Source: a virus (taxonomy: Duplodnaviria; Caudoviricetes). Taken from it: DNA of 46,729 nt. Each line of letters opens with the position of its first letter. The stretch's first letter is position 1. Of the stretch, positions 1 through 9,471 are shown in pieces. The stretch is from IMG/VR virus record IMGVR_UViG_3300049437_000136, positions 1-46,729 of that record. The stretch is one strand, 5' to 3'. The notes under the pieces were generated by a model. That model saw only the letters and a list, made by a program, of their open reading frames with translations, had not been told where the DNA came from and made no database searches. A program made the translations under genes and the position numbers.

Positions 1-20
1 GAAAGTGAAACCCAAAAATC

Positions 21-96
21 AAAACGCCACGGATTTCACGGATTCCACTGATTTATTAATTTTAATCAGTGGAATCCGTGAAATCCGTGGCGTTTT
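21..96. repeat. Perfect 33-bp-arm inverted repeat (REP-like palindrome / possible terminator of the gluconolactonase gene)
   Basis: AAAACGCCACGGATTTCACGGATTCCACTGATT (21-53) and its exact reverse complement (64-96), 10-nt AT loop, 21 bp downstream of the minus-strand CDS stop. Confidence 0.85.
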
Positions 97-117
97 TAAT
101 TCTTCAATCGTCAATCG

Positions 118-1023
118 CTACTGACTGCCGACGCCTTTGACGCGCATTTTCAACCCGTAGAAATTCTTGCTGGCGGCAATAAAGAGCGTCTTGTGATCAG
201 CTCCGCCGAAACAGACGTTTCCAACCCATCCGGAGACCTGTATCTTTTCGATCTGCTTCCCATCCGGATTGAAAACGGTCACGCCCATGCCGGTCAGGTA
301 GACGTTGCCTTCATTGTCGATCGTCATGCCGTCCGAGCCCATTTCGCAGAAGAGCTTCTTGTCTGCCAGCGAGCCGTTTGGCTGTATGTCGTATCGATAC
401 GTTTTGTTGCCGCCGATATCGGCGATATAGAGGATCTTGCCGTCGGGAGAGCCGATGATCCCATTCGGCATCCTCATGTCCTCTACGACTCTGGAAATAG
501 TTTTACCATGAGGGCCCATGTAGTAAACGCCCTGGGCGTCTTGTTCACTCACCGGAGAGCGTTTCCAATAATCTCGCTTGAAAAAGGGATCCGTAAAATA
601 CAAACCGCCGGTTGCTGGATTAATCCAGACATCGTTGGGACTGTTGAGCAGTTTGCCATTGTAGTCTTTTACGAGGACGGTTGTTTTGCCCGACTTATCG
701 ATAAGCCGCAGTTCATTTTTTTCATCGGCGCAGACAATCAGGTCCCCGTCGCTGTTGAAAATCATTCCATTGGCGCGACCGGAGCTTTCCAGAAAGGTGG
801 AGAGTTTTCCGTCGACGCTCCATTTGTGGATGCGGTCGTTCGGTTGATCCGTGAAGTAGACATTGCCCTCGGCGTCGGATGCGCAGCCCTCCGTAAAGCT
901 GAAACCGCCGGACAGCAGTTCCAGCTTCGCGCCGGGAGCGATTATGGACGATTGAGCCCAAAGCAAGCCTACGACCGTAACGGCGACAGCGATCAGGATT
1001 AGAGTTCTTAGCAAGATCTTCAT
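118..1023 (-). CDS. SMP-30/gluconolactonase/LRE family protein, secreted
   Basis: Signal peptide; motifs FTEG, NSPNDV, YFTDP, PNGI, DGMTID, NVCFGG typical of the six-bladed propeller family. Confidence 0.93.
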   Translation of the reverse strand: MKILLRTLILIAVAVTVVGLLWAQSSIIAPGAKLELLSGGFSFTEGCASDAEGNVYFTDQPNDRIHKWSVDGKLSTFLESSGRANGMIFNSDGDLIVCADEKNELRLIDKSGKTTVLVKDYNGKLLNSPNDVWINPATGGLYFTDPFFKRDYWKRSPVSEQDAQGVYYMGPHGKTISRVVEDMRMPNGIIGSPDGKILYIADIGGNKTYRYDIQPNGSLADKKLFCEMGSDGMTIDNEGNVYLTGMGVTVFNPDGKQIEKIQVSGWVGNVCFGGADHKTLFIAASKNFYGLKMRVKGVGSQ

Positions 1024-1311
1024 ATTGGCTCCTTTATTACTCTGGCTTTTATCTGCACGATCTTACTACATCATTTTGCCGCCGGACAGGTCTCGGGCAT
1101 TCGCCTGATGGGCCTGGCAACTTTCCAAAGATTATGAATAGGCGAAGTCGTGGCGTTTCCTTTTCGAGAAAGGCAAAATCTTCCACGATGCCTTGCGCGC
1201 CGATAGCCGGGTGTTCAGCAGAAACGGAGTTGCCGCAATGGCGCATGGACGCTGCAAGCCCAGCATCCGTTCAGGGGGGCATTAAGCCGAGAAAAGATTT
1301 TGTTCAATAGC

Positions 1312-2097
1312 TTAGGGCCTATAACAGACCTCTTCGTAAGAGGAAAAAACATTTTTGGTTTTTTCGATAAGGCTCTGTTTATCATCTGGCTTCATTGCGC
1401 TGAGGTTTATGGAAGGATTTAAGTCGCCGCAAGACAAAACAACTTTTTCTCGAACATAATTTATGAACCTTTGAGTGCGAAGGAGTATGTTCGTTTTCGC
1501 CTTATTATTGATATTTTTGTTTTTAGTTAGCCTTTTTGATTTGTTACAGCAATAGGTGTAAATATCTTTCGTGATGCTTTGAACAGCAGCTGAATTGCCG
1601 CTTAACATTGCTTCAATAAGATCGCTTTCAAATACATCCGACAATTCTCTGGTTGAAATAAAAATAACAGCAGCAAATTGATCAGCTTCGAATTGTGTGA
1701 TGCCACGCAGGCGCTTAAACTCAGGGCGGTCGTCTTCGATGTTCTCAAGGCTTAAATACTTAAGATACGGGTGAAGATAAAAATGTCCCAGTTCGTGGGC
1801 TAGGGTGAATCCTGCGACTGGACTGTTGGAAATGGTTTCGTCGGGGCGCCTTCTTCTCAAAAATATTGTAGGGCGAAATGATTTTGGGTCATGCCAATAT
1901 AAAATGCCGCTTTGGCGGCAATCGCTATCTACCCATTCTATTTTTATTCCTTCTGCTTCCGCAATTTTTTCGAGTTTGGTAACATCAAAATCCTTGCTGC
2001 CGTCATTATTCCCTAAATCATATTTAAGCCATAGAAAGCTAGTTATTCCGGGCACTATTTCCGCCTTGGGGAAATGACAAAATCCGTAAAAGGTCAA
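1312..2097 (-). CDS. ImmA/IrrE family (Peptidase M78) zinc metallo-endopeptidase
   Basis: FTLAHELGHFYLH (HExxH) followed by E.EADQFAA-like motif (FEADQFAA). Confidence 0.85.
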   Translation of the reverse strand: MTFYGFCHFPKAEIVPGITSFLWLKYDLGNNDGSKDFDVTKLEKIAEAEGIKIEWVDSDCRQSGILYWHDPKSFRPTIFLRRRRPDETISNSPVAGFTLAHELGHFYLHPYLKYLSLENIEDDRPEFKRLRGITQFEADQFAAVIFISTRELSDVFESDLIEAMLSGNSAAVQSITKDIYTYCCNKSKRLTKNKNINNKAKTNILLRTQRFINYVREKVVLSCGDLNPSINLSAMKPDDKQSLIEKTKNVFSSYEEVCYRP

Positions 2098-2120
2098 TCT
2101 TCGACTCGATTACGATTTCA

Positions 2121-2381
2121 TTATTTGTTTTTGCCTTTTCTGCCTCGTCTTCTGATCTCGGCGACCATGTCAGTTGCTTCCGATTTAGCAGGCCTGGATG
2201 GATTATCTATTGCAGTTGCCATGTTGGATAAGTTATCCGAGAACTCTCTTCTTTTCCCCCGTGTCAATTCCATTACGGTTGCCACAGATTTTCTTGCCGG
2301 ATTGGAAGAAAAAATACAAGCAACAATCATTACAATTAAAATTCCAAACAAAAACAGGATGTCATTTGAAAAGCTGCTCAT
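2121..2381 (-). CDS. Small single-pass membrane protein, hypothetical
   Basis: N-terminal hydrophobic helix, basic C-terminus, co-oriented between neighbours with a plausible RBS. Confidence 0.6.
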   Translation of the reverse strand: MSSFSNDILFLFGILIVMIVACIFSSNPARKSVATVMELTRGKRREFSDNLSNMATAIDNPSRPAKSEATDMVAEIRRRGRKGKNK

Positions 2382-2417
2382 AGCACCCTCACCGCAGAAT
2401 AAAAGGCAAAAATGCGT

Positions 2418-3293
2418 CTAAGCTTGTTTTCGCCAATCCCGGGTCAGCAGATAATGACCCTCCATCAAGAGGATCCGCAAAAAGACTAGCACATTCAGGA
2501 GAATAATCATAATTATCTTGAAATTATGCCCCGAAAGTGATTTCTGATTCTTTTCCAAGATCGACAAATACTCATTAAGTTTAATCCATTCAATAAGATC
2601 ATGCCATCTGACTACCAGCCAATGACCGATGAAAAAAAAGGACAATATCAATGAACTCAGAACGAGCATCTCCTTGATTTTTGCCTTGCGATTATCCTTA
2701 TCTCTAAAAGCATCTCGCAAGATGAAAAATAATGAGCTCAGAACGGATATCCTCTTGGTTTTCATCCTGAGACTCTTTGTATCGCTAAAAGTATCTCGAA
2801 AAGTTTCAAAACTAACGACTATTGTTAGAATATGGATTCCCAGCCATGCTGGCAAAAGGAATAACAGCAGCCACCAGCGTGACAACGTGCTTTCAATAAG
2901 AGGAGCAACTTCGGGCAAATTGATTGTTCTAAAATAGCATAAAGCGAGTGCGAGAGAAGCAGCGAGGCTAACCCATAATGCAACAAAGTAGCTTCTGAAA
3001 CTGCCATCATTGAATCCGCATTCAAATTGATGAGTCATTATGCAAAACCAAGCAACAATAATTACAAGAATTACCGAAAGGAAACCTAAATTCTGGGAGA
3101 TGGAATAATTAGGAACCATTAAATCTTGAGATAGGATTACTGCAACCCATGCACCAAAAAGCAAGCTCCAAAAAATCTCCAATTCGTTCGGTATGAAAGA
3201 CATTCTTTTGAAGGCTCGCTTATTGATTTGCAACAAGCTATATCGCTCCATAGTATTACTATCCCTTAAGTTATAAGCCATAAAGGCTACCAC
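2418..3293 (-). CDS. Multi-pass membrane protein, hypothetical
   Basis: 291-aa ORF in AT-rich DNA with about 6 hydrophobic segments; exact start uncertain. Confidence 0.65.
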   Translation of the reverse strand: MVAFMAYNLRDSNTMERYSLLQINKRAFKRMSFIPNELEIFWSLLFGAWVAVILSQDLMVPNYSISQNLGFLSVILVIIVAWFCIMTHQFECGFNDGSFRSYFVALWVSLAASLALALCYFRTINLPEVAPLIESTLSRWWLLLFLLPAWLGIHILTIVVSFETFRDTFSDTKSLRMKTKRISVLSSLFFILRDAFRDKDNRKAKIKEMLVLSSLILSFFFIGHWLVVRWHDLIEWIKLNEYLSILEKNQKSLSGHNFKIIMIILLNVLVFLRILLMEGHYLLTRDWRKQA

Positions 3294-4019
3294 GAGAATA
3301 TAGGAAATGCAAAGATATATTTATACCAAATATGAATCACTCACTTAAATTATCGTCCAATTAAAAAATTTCCAGTCCCGCAATTTTTTTATTATCAGTC
3401 ATTCAATGAATGAGCGAATGCCTTTCAAGGGGCGTTCCCACATCCTGCATTGACATATTTTCCGAATTTAGGCTGGTTCGCCTGGGCTTTCAGCCGGGGA
3501 TATGCGATGCATCTTATTATAGCCTGGGAGTTCGAAGAACCGGAATGGGCGGGACTGCCAAATCCAAGAATGACATTGTTCAAGCGGTATTCGATGAGCT
3601 AAATCCACGCTTCCTTCTGATTTTCAAAGGCATCCGGGCAACGGGAGGCAAGCCATAAGGTGTTGAGCGCTTAGCATTGGCAGATCAATAAAGAACAGCG
3701 GCTCACCCTTTTTGCAGAGCGAATCCCCAAGGGTAAAAACACTATTGTTCCGCTTACAAAGGAGCCGAAGAGTCGATCGATTCGGTTCCTGCGCTGGAAG
3801 GCTGCCCCTCCTATGTTTTTCGGCGCTCCGAAGCATTTCATTCAATCGGGATTCGGCCAAATTTGCTCCCGAATATGCGGCAAAGCAACTTCTCCGCGTA
3901 ATCGAAGGCGGTCGCAATAAAAAGGAGTCGGAGCTGGAGATTGGCGCCTATTTGGCGCAAATGACAAATGATGGCTGGAATTTTTTCCGGAATCCGGTTA
4001 AAGTATTGATCCTACACTG

Positions 4020-4063
<44 letters not shown>

Positions 4064-4293
4064 TCCGAAAATCCCGCAGCAAATCGGCGGTAATTCTCAA
4101 GTAACTCATTCCTTAAGGTTTAGCGGGACTTCGCCAAAAAGCCCATCTAAGCCAAATCGGCCAAAAAACATATAAAACTGACAATAAAACTGCCATCAAA
4201 TTCGGCGGTTTCACTTTCGGCTCCATTTTGATCAGGAAAATTGGAAAAGCCGAAAACAAAAGTCAAACGTTCCGGTTCAAGCAGGATTCTCGA

Positions 4294-5169
4294 ATGGCTC
4301 AACGTCGGCTGCTCAATAAATCCCTGGGCACTTCTTCCCGGAGATTTGCCAAGCTCACCGATTGCGCCGGCAAGCTGGCGGATTTCTGCCAGGCTCTTTA
4401 TCCGCTCATCATGGTTAATTGCGACGACCATGGGCGCCTGGCCGGCGATGCCTTTTCAATTAAAAATAACATCTTCCCTGTTTCGAAACATTCCGAGGAA
4501 GATTTCGAAGAAGCCCTGCAGGCAATGAATGCTGTTTGCCTGATCAGCCTATATGAAATTTCCGGCTCCCGGTACCTGTACCTGCATAATTTTCGGAAAG
4601 AGCAGCCGGGCATCAAATATGTCGCCAGATCTCTCTATCCGGAACCACCTCCGGAAGTCTTGCAAAAAGAGCAATTCACCGGGATTCGCCAGGACTCGCC
4701 GGAACCGGTGAGTCCTGGCGTCGATGAAGAGAGAAAGAAAGAAAGTAATACAAAGAAAGAAAGAGAGTTCGAAGAGAAGAGAAGTAGAAGAGAAGTAGAA
4801 AAGAAAAAAGAGAGAGGCCCATCGCGCAAGCGCGAAACCCCTCCCCCCGAAAATCTGCCTGTGACTGATGCGCTGAAAGAATGGGCGAGTAAGCACATCC
4901 CTGCAAACTTGCTGCAGGCCCTCGATCTCAATAGGGAGACCGAGAAGTTCCTGGAGAAAAGCCGGGCTAAGGGTTGGACGTACGCCAATTGGGAAGCGGC
5001 CAGAAAGAACTGGCTATTAAAGGCCGTTGATTTTGCCGAGGAGCGCGTGGCTTCTGGCCTCAACGGAGATTCGGGAGGCAAAAACAATGCAACCAATTCA
5101 GCAAGCGCTCGAAGGGATCCAGGGCTCTTTGCGGGTCTCCCCTACGAGCCAGAAAAAGCCGGAGAATAA
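4294..5169 (+). CDS. Phage replication initiator / replisome organizer
   Basis: N-terminus MAQRRLLNKS...CDDHGRL, charged purine-rich linker, C-terminal ..YANWEAARKNW domain; followed by a DnaC-like gene. The ORF is open from 4228; ATG 4294 preferred. Confidence 0.75.
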   Translation: MAQRRLLNKSLGTSSRRFAKLTDCAGKLADFCQALYPLIMVNCDDHGRLAGDAFSIKNNIFPVSKHSEEDFEEALQAMNAVCLISLYEISGSRYLYLHNFRKEQPGIKYVARSLYPEPPPEVLQKEQFTGIRQDSPEPVSPGVDEERKKESNTKKEREFEEKRSRREVEKKKERGPSRKRETPPPENLPVTDALKEWASKHIPANLLQALDLNRETEKFLEKSRAKGWTYANWEAARKNWLLKAVDFAEERVASGLNGDSGGKNNATNSASARRDPGLFAGLPYEPEKAGE

Positions 5170-5821
5170 ATGCACCATATGCCATGGCACCACGTGGGTT
5201 CCGGCCGGCATTGAGAACAGAGTTAAGCGCTGTGAATGCCAGAAACGCAAGATCTATGAAGGCCGGATCCGGGTTGTGCTGGAGGATTGGCCGGAATACG
5301 CTTCGGCCGATCTTTGGGAAATGAAGGGCATCAAAGGAGTCGGCCAGGCGAATGCGTTAACAACAATGCGAGAAAATCCACGGGGGAGTTACTTTTTGAC
5401 AGGCTATTACAATCGAGGAAAAACGCATTTGCTCGTGGCTCAATATCGGCATATCGCCTTGCTTGGGGAAAGATGCATTATCCGATCAGCACGGGACTTG
5501 ATGGACGAACTCCGGAAAGCCGAGATTCCTCCTCAAAGCGACAAGGACGTGTTCGAATCGGCAGTGCTACAAATGGTTAATATGGCGCCGACCGGGCATT
5601 TGTTCATCGACGACATTGACAAGATCACTGCCAGATCGGAATTTCGTCTGGAGGCTCTTTTTGATCTTTTCGATACGATTAAGCGGCGGCAACTCGGGCT
5701 GACTGTAACAAGTAATATTCCTCTGATTTCAAATAGCCAAAGCATTCAAGACCTCAGGAATATATTGGGCAACAACGCAGTATCCAGGTTAGATCGAATT
5801 TGCAGGGTGATAGATTTGTGA
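5087..5821 (+). CDS. DnaC/IstB-like AAA+ helicase loader
   Basis: GGAGG RBS; CxxC...CxC zinc motif; Walker A GYYNRGKT; Walker B FIDD; VTSN; SRL. Confidence 0.88.
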   Translation: MQPIQQALEGIQGSLRVSPTSQKKPENKCTICHGTTWVPAGIENRVKRCECQKRKIYEGRIRVVLEDWPEYASADLWEMKGIKGVGQANALTTMRENPRGSYFLTGYYNRGKTHLLVAQYRHIALLGERCIIRSARDLMDELRKAEIPPQSDKDVFESAVLQMVNMAPTGHLFIDDIDKITARSEFRLEALFDLFDTIKRRQLGLTVTSNIPLISNSQSIQDLRNILGNNAVSRLDRICRVIDL

Positions 5822-6033
5822 GTTTAGAAACATTTGAACAACTAGATAAAAACTATTATCGTCCGGATGAGGTGGCGCGTTTTTTACGTGTGAGCGTCCG
5901 AACAGTTCGCCGGTGGTCCGCTAAGCGAAAAATCAAACATATGCATACTCCAGGGGGAGGCATTAGGATTCCCCGCTCAGAACTCATGCGATTGCTGGCA
6001 ACTGTCATTTTGAATGATGAAAATCTGCCTTAA
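5818..6033 (+). CDS. Excisionase-like / MerR-type HTH (HTH_17) DNA-binding protein
   Basis: YYRPDEVARFLRVSVRTVRRW...TPGGGIRIP; GTGA overlap with upstream stop. Confidence 0.85.
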   Translation: MSLETFEQLDKNYYRPDEVARFLRVSVRTVRRWSAKRKIKHMHTPGGGIRIPRSELMRLLATVILNDENLP

Positions 6034-6227
6034 TACAATACGAGGGTTTGCCAATTGAAATACACCGGTTCTGAGCAGAATAAAGTTGGATTCCGCACAT
6101 TCCCGAAAGAACTCATACGGATTGCGATCGATTTTTGTGTTGTGCTTCGGCAGATTTGGAAGTCAACCAACATCATTCTCGTCTCATATAAGTTTTTCTT
6201 GCCTCACACCAAAATTTAAGGAAATGT

Positions 6228-7043
6228 GTGCATATTCCCTTTTCTTTCAGTAAAATAGCGGTCGATAAATTAATTAAGGATGCTATTTCTGGCAAAGTGG
6301 ATGTGTTCGCGCCAATTCTTTCAATGAGATCTAACGAATCGTACAAAAATATGGATGATAAACCTTTATTTTCGACAGTGTTGATGTTCTCAGGCGGACG
6401 CGATTCGACGATCGCAGCTTTTAGATTGGCAGATAAAATTCCAAATCTGCTCTTGGTAACAGTTTCCACCGACCATCTTTTCGGCATTGAGTCAGTGGAA
6501 GAGCGCATAAGAGAACTGAAGCCTCATTTGAGCAAAGATAGCGCATGGATGCTTGTCTCATGCAATAGCGAGCAATTTATTGAGTACTCCCGCTATTTAG
6601 CACTCTCCAGAACTTGTCTGCCTTGCCATTTTCTTTATACATTGATAGGGATTGCTGCTGCAGAGCATGTTTCTGCCTCCGAATTAGCTTTTGCGTTTAC
6701 TTTCTATCAATCATCCTGGCCGGAGCAGACAATGACAGCGATTGATGCCCTTGGACGAGTTCTTACAGCAAGAGGAATTCAATTGTCTTTGCCCGTATAT
6801 GATCTGAAAACCAAACAGGCTGCTATCAGAGAATTAGAGATGAGGTCTCTTGCAACATCAGCTCTAGAACAAAAATGTCTTAGACAAATCACCAATGTTG
6901 TCCTCGACGAGAGCTCATTGGCTGCAGAAATCAAGGAGTGGGAAAAAGCCTTATGTGAAGTCCTCTCCCAAAAAGTGGTGCTTCCGCTCAATGTCATTAG
7001 ATACGCAAAAATGTCATCTCTGAATGATGGAGGTAAACCATGA
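6228..7043 (+). CDS. PP-loop (adenine nucleotide alpha-hydrolase; QueC/MnmA/ThiI-like) ATP pyrophosphatase
   Basis: VLMFSGGRDST PP-loop, CLPC motif and a late EQKC; true start may be ATG 6351. Confidence 0.75.
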   Translation: MHIPFSFSKIAVDKLIKDAISGKVDVFAPILSMRSNESYKNMDDKPLFSTVLMFSGGRDSTIAAFRLADKIPNLLLVTVSTDHLFGIESVEERIRELKPHLSKDSAWMLVSCNSEQFIEYSRYLALSRTCLPCHFLYTLIGIAAAEHVSASELAFAFTFYQSSWPEQTMTAIDALGRVLTARGIQLSLPVYDLKTKQAAIRELEMRSLATSALEQKCLRQITNVVLDESSLAAEIKEWEKALCEVLSQKVVLPLNVIRYAKMSSLNDGGKP

Positions 7044-8209
7044 GTCCTGCAATTGAAATAACCAGCAATTTGGATCTTTTTAGCTGCGGATTGGCACTTC
7101 TCAGTTTTTTGATGGCTCTTTATGTCCTTGCTGGTAGAGAACAAAAATCACCTTACCTCACGATTTCTGTTTACCAAACTGTTGCATGGGTTATCTTCTC
7201 GATGCTCCTTGGGACCGTAGCAGTGGTTCTAAACAAAGGATTTGGGCGTATTTCTCATTATTTTCAGCAAGCTGCCTGGGCATTTTTCATCATTGGTCTT
7301 CTCTCAGTCTTTTGGCGCATTCTACAAGCGCATAATAGACGAGTGCATCTTCGCGATGACAAATTTCTAGCAAATACGTCGCCTTATAGAGCATGTAAAA
7401 CTCTTAAAAATCGTTTCCTGAAGCCAAAGCCGCCCAAATATGAATACAATCCAGGTCAGTTCCCACAATCTTTGATATCTACTATTGAACGAATAGAATC
7501 AATGTCCTCCGTTGGAATTGATCAAATTATTAAGACCAATTCTCACTCTATTGGGGGCAAGCCTTTTTCTATTTCCGGCTTTTTAAGACCCTCTTCAATA
7601 AAATTAGCTGATACTGTTCTTATTGATTTGGCGTGGGCATTTATACAGGTAGATTGTTTTGTTCAATATACAGGTTGCATAAGACATCCAATTGAATTTG
7701 CATCGAAACTTAAAGACCGTTTTAATGGAAGCAATGAAAAAGTCGAATGGAGAAAGGCAACTCAACAAATAATTTTGGTCGACGCGTTTTCTCCTCATTT
7801 TGGATTTGTAGACTCTGTGCACAAAATAAGAACCGATTCGCTAAAAGAGGAAGGGCTCTTTTGTGTTGATGCTCGTGCATCTTATGCTGGCTTGCATTCT
7901 GCAGCAGCCAAGGGTTTCAATGAAATTAAATCACGAACAAAAATGCAGGGGCAAAGTGCAGTGCGGCAACCAACGCTTTTAATTTATGAAGGAGCCTATG
8001 CGCTCTCAGACCTGGAATCCATAGAACAGTATCGTGTATTTGTTCGGCATACATTATCATCAGAGCGCCTTTGGGGAGGTATGTTTTCAATCTTCTGCGA
8101 GTACGGCTTATCAGATCGTGATGTCGATCTATTTCTGCCACACGCCGATTTTTTCCTTGGTTATCAGGTTAAAGATAAAAATAAGCTATTAGCGCAGAGC
8201 GAGGCGTAA
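7040..8209 (+). CDS. Membrane protein: about 3 N-terminal TM helices plus a soluble alpha/beta domain (possibly degenerate RecA/KaiC-like)
   Basis: GGAGG RBS, ATGA coupling, three hydrophobic helices in the first 95 aa; ILVDAFS and LLIYEG strands without an intact Walker A. Confidence 0.6.
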   Translation: MSPAIEITSNLDLFSCGLALLSFLMALYVLAGREQKSPYLTISVYQTVAWVIFSMLLGTVAVVLNKGFGRISHYFQQAAWAFFIIGLLSVFWRILQAHNRRVHLRDDKFLANTSPYRACKTLKNRFLKPKPPKYEYNPGQFPQSLISTIERIESMSSVGIDQIIKTNSHSIGGKPFSISGFLRPSSIKLADTVLIDLAWAFIQVDCFVQYTGCIRHPIEFASKLKDRFNGSNEKVEWRKATQQIILVDAFSPHFGFVDSVHKIRTDSLKEEGLFCVDARASYAGLHSAAAKGFNEIKSRTKMQGQSAVRQPTLLIYEGAYALSDLESIEQYRVFVRHTLSSERLWGGMFSIFCEYGLSDRDVDLFLPHADFFLGYQVKDKNKLLAQSEA

Positions 8210-9463
8210 ATGCAAATATTTGATTCTCTTTATGGCAATATAGATTTTCTAGAAGATATTGAACGTTTGATTCACACGCCAGCAATACAACGATTACGTT
8301 TTATTAGACTCTCAAATATCGATTCATTTGATATGCCGGGCATTTCAAATATTTCAAGATTCGAGCATGTTCTCGGAACCTGTCATTTGGCATCCTCTGT
8401 CGGTTTTAGCGCAAAACTAGATCCATGCAATAGGCTTGCGTTGATGGCGGCTGCTTTATTGCATGATGCTGCTATTGCACCTTTCGGCCATCTTATCGAA
8501 GAAGCCTTGCTCTATTTAAATTGTCATATTGAGCATGAAACAAAATGGCAAGTTTTGCGTGAAGCAGGAGAACATGAACTTGGAGGACTAAATTTACAGG
8601 TATTTAAAAGACGCGAATCAGGAATTGGATATTGGGCAGAGCGTGTATTTGCAGGAAGAGCAAACCAATATCTAGCAACCATCACGGAAGCAATTGCCGG
8701 TAGAGGAGAGCTGGGATCATGCATTGCGGGTTGTGTGGATTTGGACAATCTCGATAATGTCGTGAGAGTAGCATACCATATGGGAATTAATGTTGATCGC
8801 CGAATTGCAATTCAAGCAGCGGAGCATATGGTTGAAATAAAAGATGCGAATATTATTTTCTCATCTCGCGCCATTGATTCTTTGTCGAAATGGCTTGATT
8901 TGCGTAATCATGTTTATACTAAACTTATGCTATCGCGTAATGATTTTTCAGCGAAAATAATGTTGCTTCAGATGGCCGTTTCTGCTTTTGAAAAAGGCTA
9001 TCTCGGTGAAAAGGAATCTGTATGGAAATTGACCGATGACGAATTTATAAATCGATTATTCGCTTCAAATGATAAAGATATTATTGAATACGCAGATGAT
9101 TGGAGTCTGCAGCGTTTTTGGCCTCTGACCGACCTATTTTGGATGAGTGGTGTTCATCCAGGCTTTCCGAAGCTTCATCAGTTTTCATTGCATTTAACAA
9201 AGCTATTGAAACGCAAATGCTTTGCTTATGGCATTAAAGACAAACGAACTCGTATTATCACAATTCATTTTTCAAATGGAAGCTCAGCAACTCTTGGGAA
9301 ACAGCCCACGACTTGGCTTCTTGGTGTAGCTGCTGTTCGCGGTGATCTTTTCAAGCATTATGATAATGAAAAGATACGGTCGGCAGCAGAGGAATATTTT
9401 TCATGCTCTGTTGAAAGTTCAGATGCAAAACAAAGTGATTTTTCACTTTTTCCATTAAAGTAG
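8210..9463 (+). CDS. HD-domain phosphohydrolase, SAMHD1/dNTP triphosphohydrolase-like
   Basis: TPAIQRLRFIR, SRFEHVLG, AALLHD..APFGHLIEE, DLDNLDNVVR. Confidence 0.88.
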   Translation: MQIFDSLYGNIDFLEDIERLIHTPAIQRLRFIRLSNIDSFDMPGISNISRFEHVLGTCHLASSVGFSAKLDPCNRLALMAAALLHDAAIAPFGHLIEEALLYLNCHIEHETKWQVLREAGEHELGGLNLQVFKRRESGIGYWAERVFAGRANQYLATITEAIAGRGELGSCIAGCVDLDNLDNVVRVAYHMGINVDRRIAIQAAEHMVEIKDANIIFSSRAIDSLSKWLDLRNHVYTKLMLSRNDFSAKIMLLQMAVSAFEKGYLGEKESVWKLTDDEFINRLFASNDKDIIEYADDWSLQRFWPLTDLFWMSGVHPGFPKLHQFSLHLTKLLKRKCFAYGIKDKRTRIITIHFSNGSSATLGKQPTTWLLGVAAVRGDLFKHYDNEKIRSAAEEYFSCSVESSDAKQSDFSLFPLK

Positions 9464-9471
9464 CGGTAATA

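Noticed and set aside
193-1002. 269-aa + strand ORF
   Set aside because: Antisense shadow of the clearly recognisable gluconolactonase gene
6228-7043. queC of a 7-deazaguanine (dpd/preQ0) pathway
   Set aside because: No folE, queD, queE or dpdA/tgt in the window, and the C-terminal QueC CxxCxxC zinc cluster is not seen; only the PP-loop superfamily call is supported
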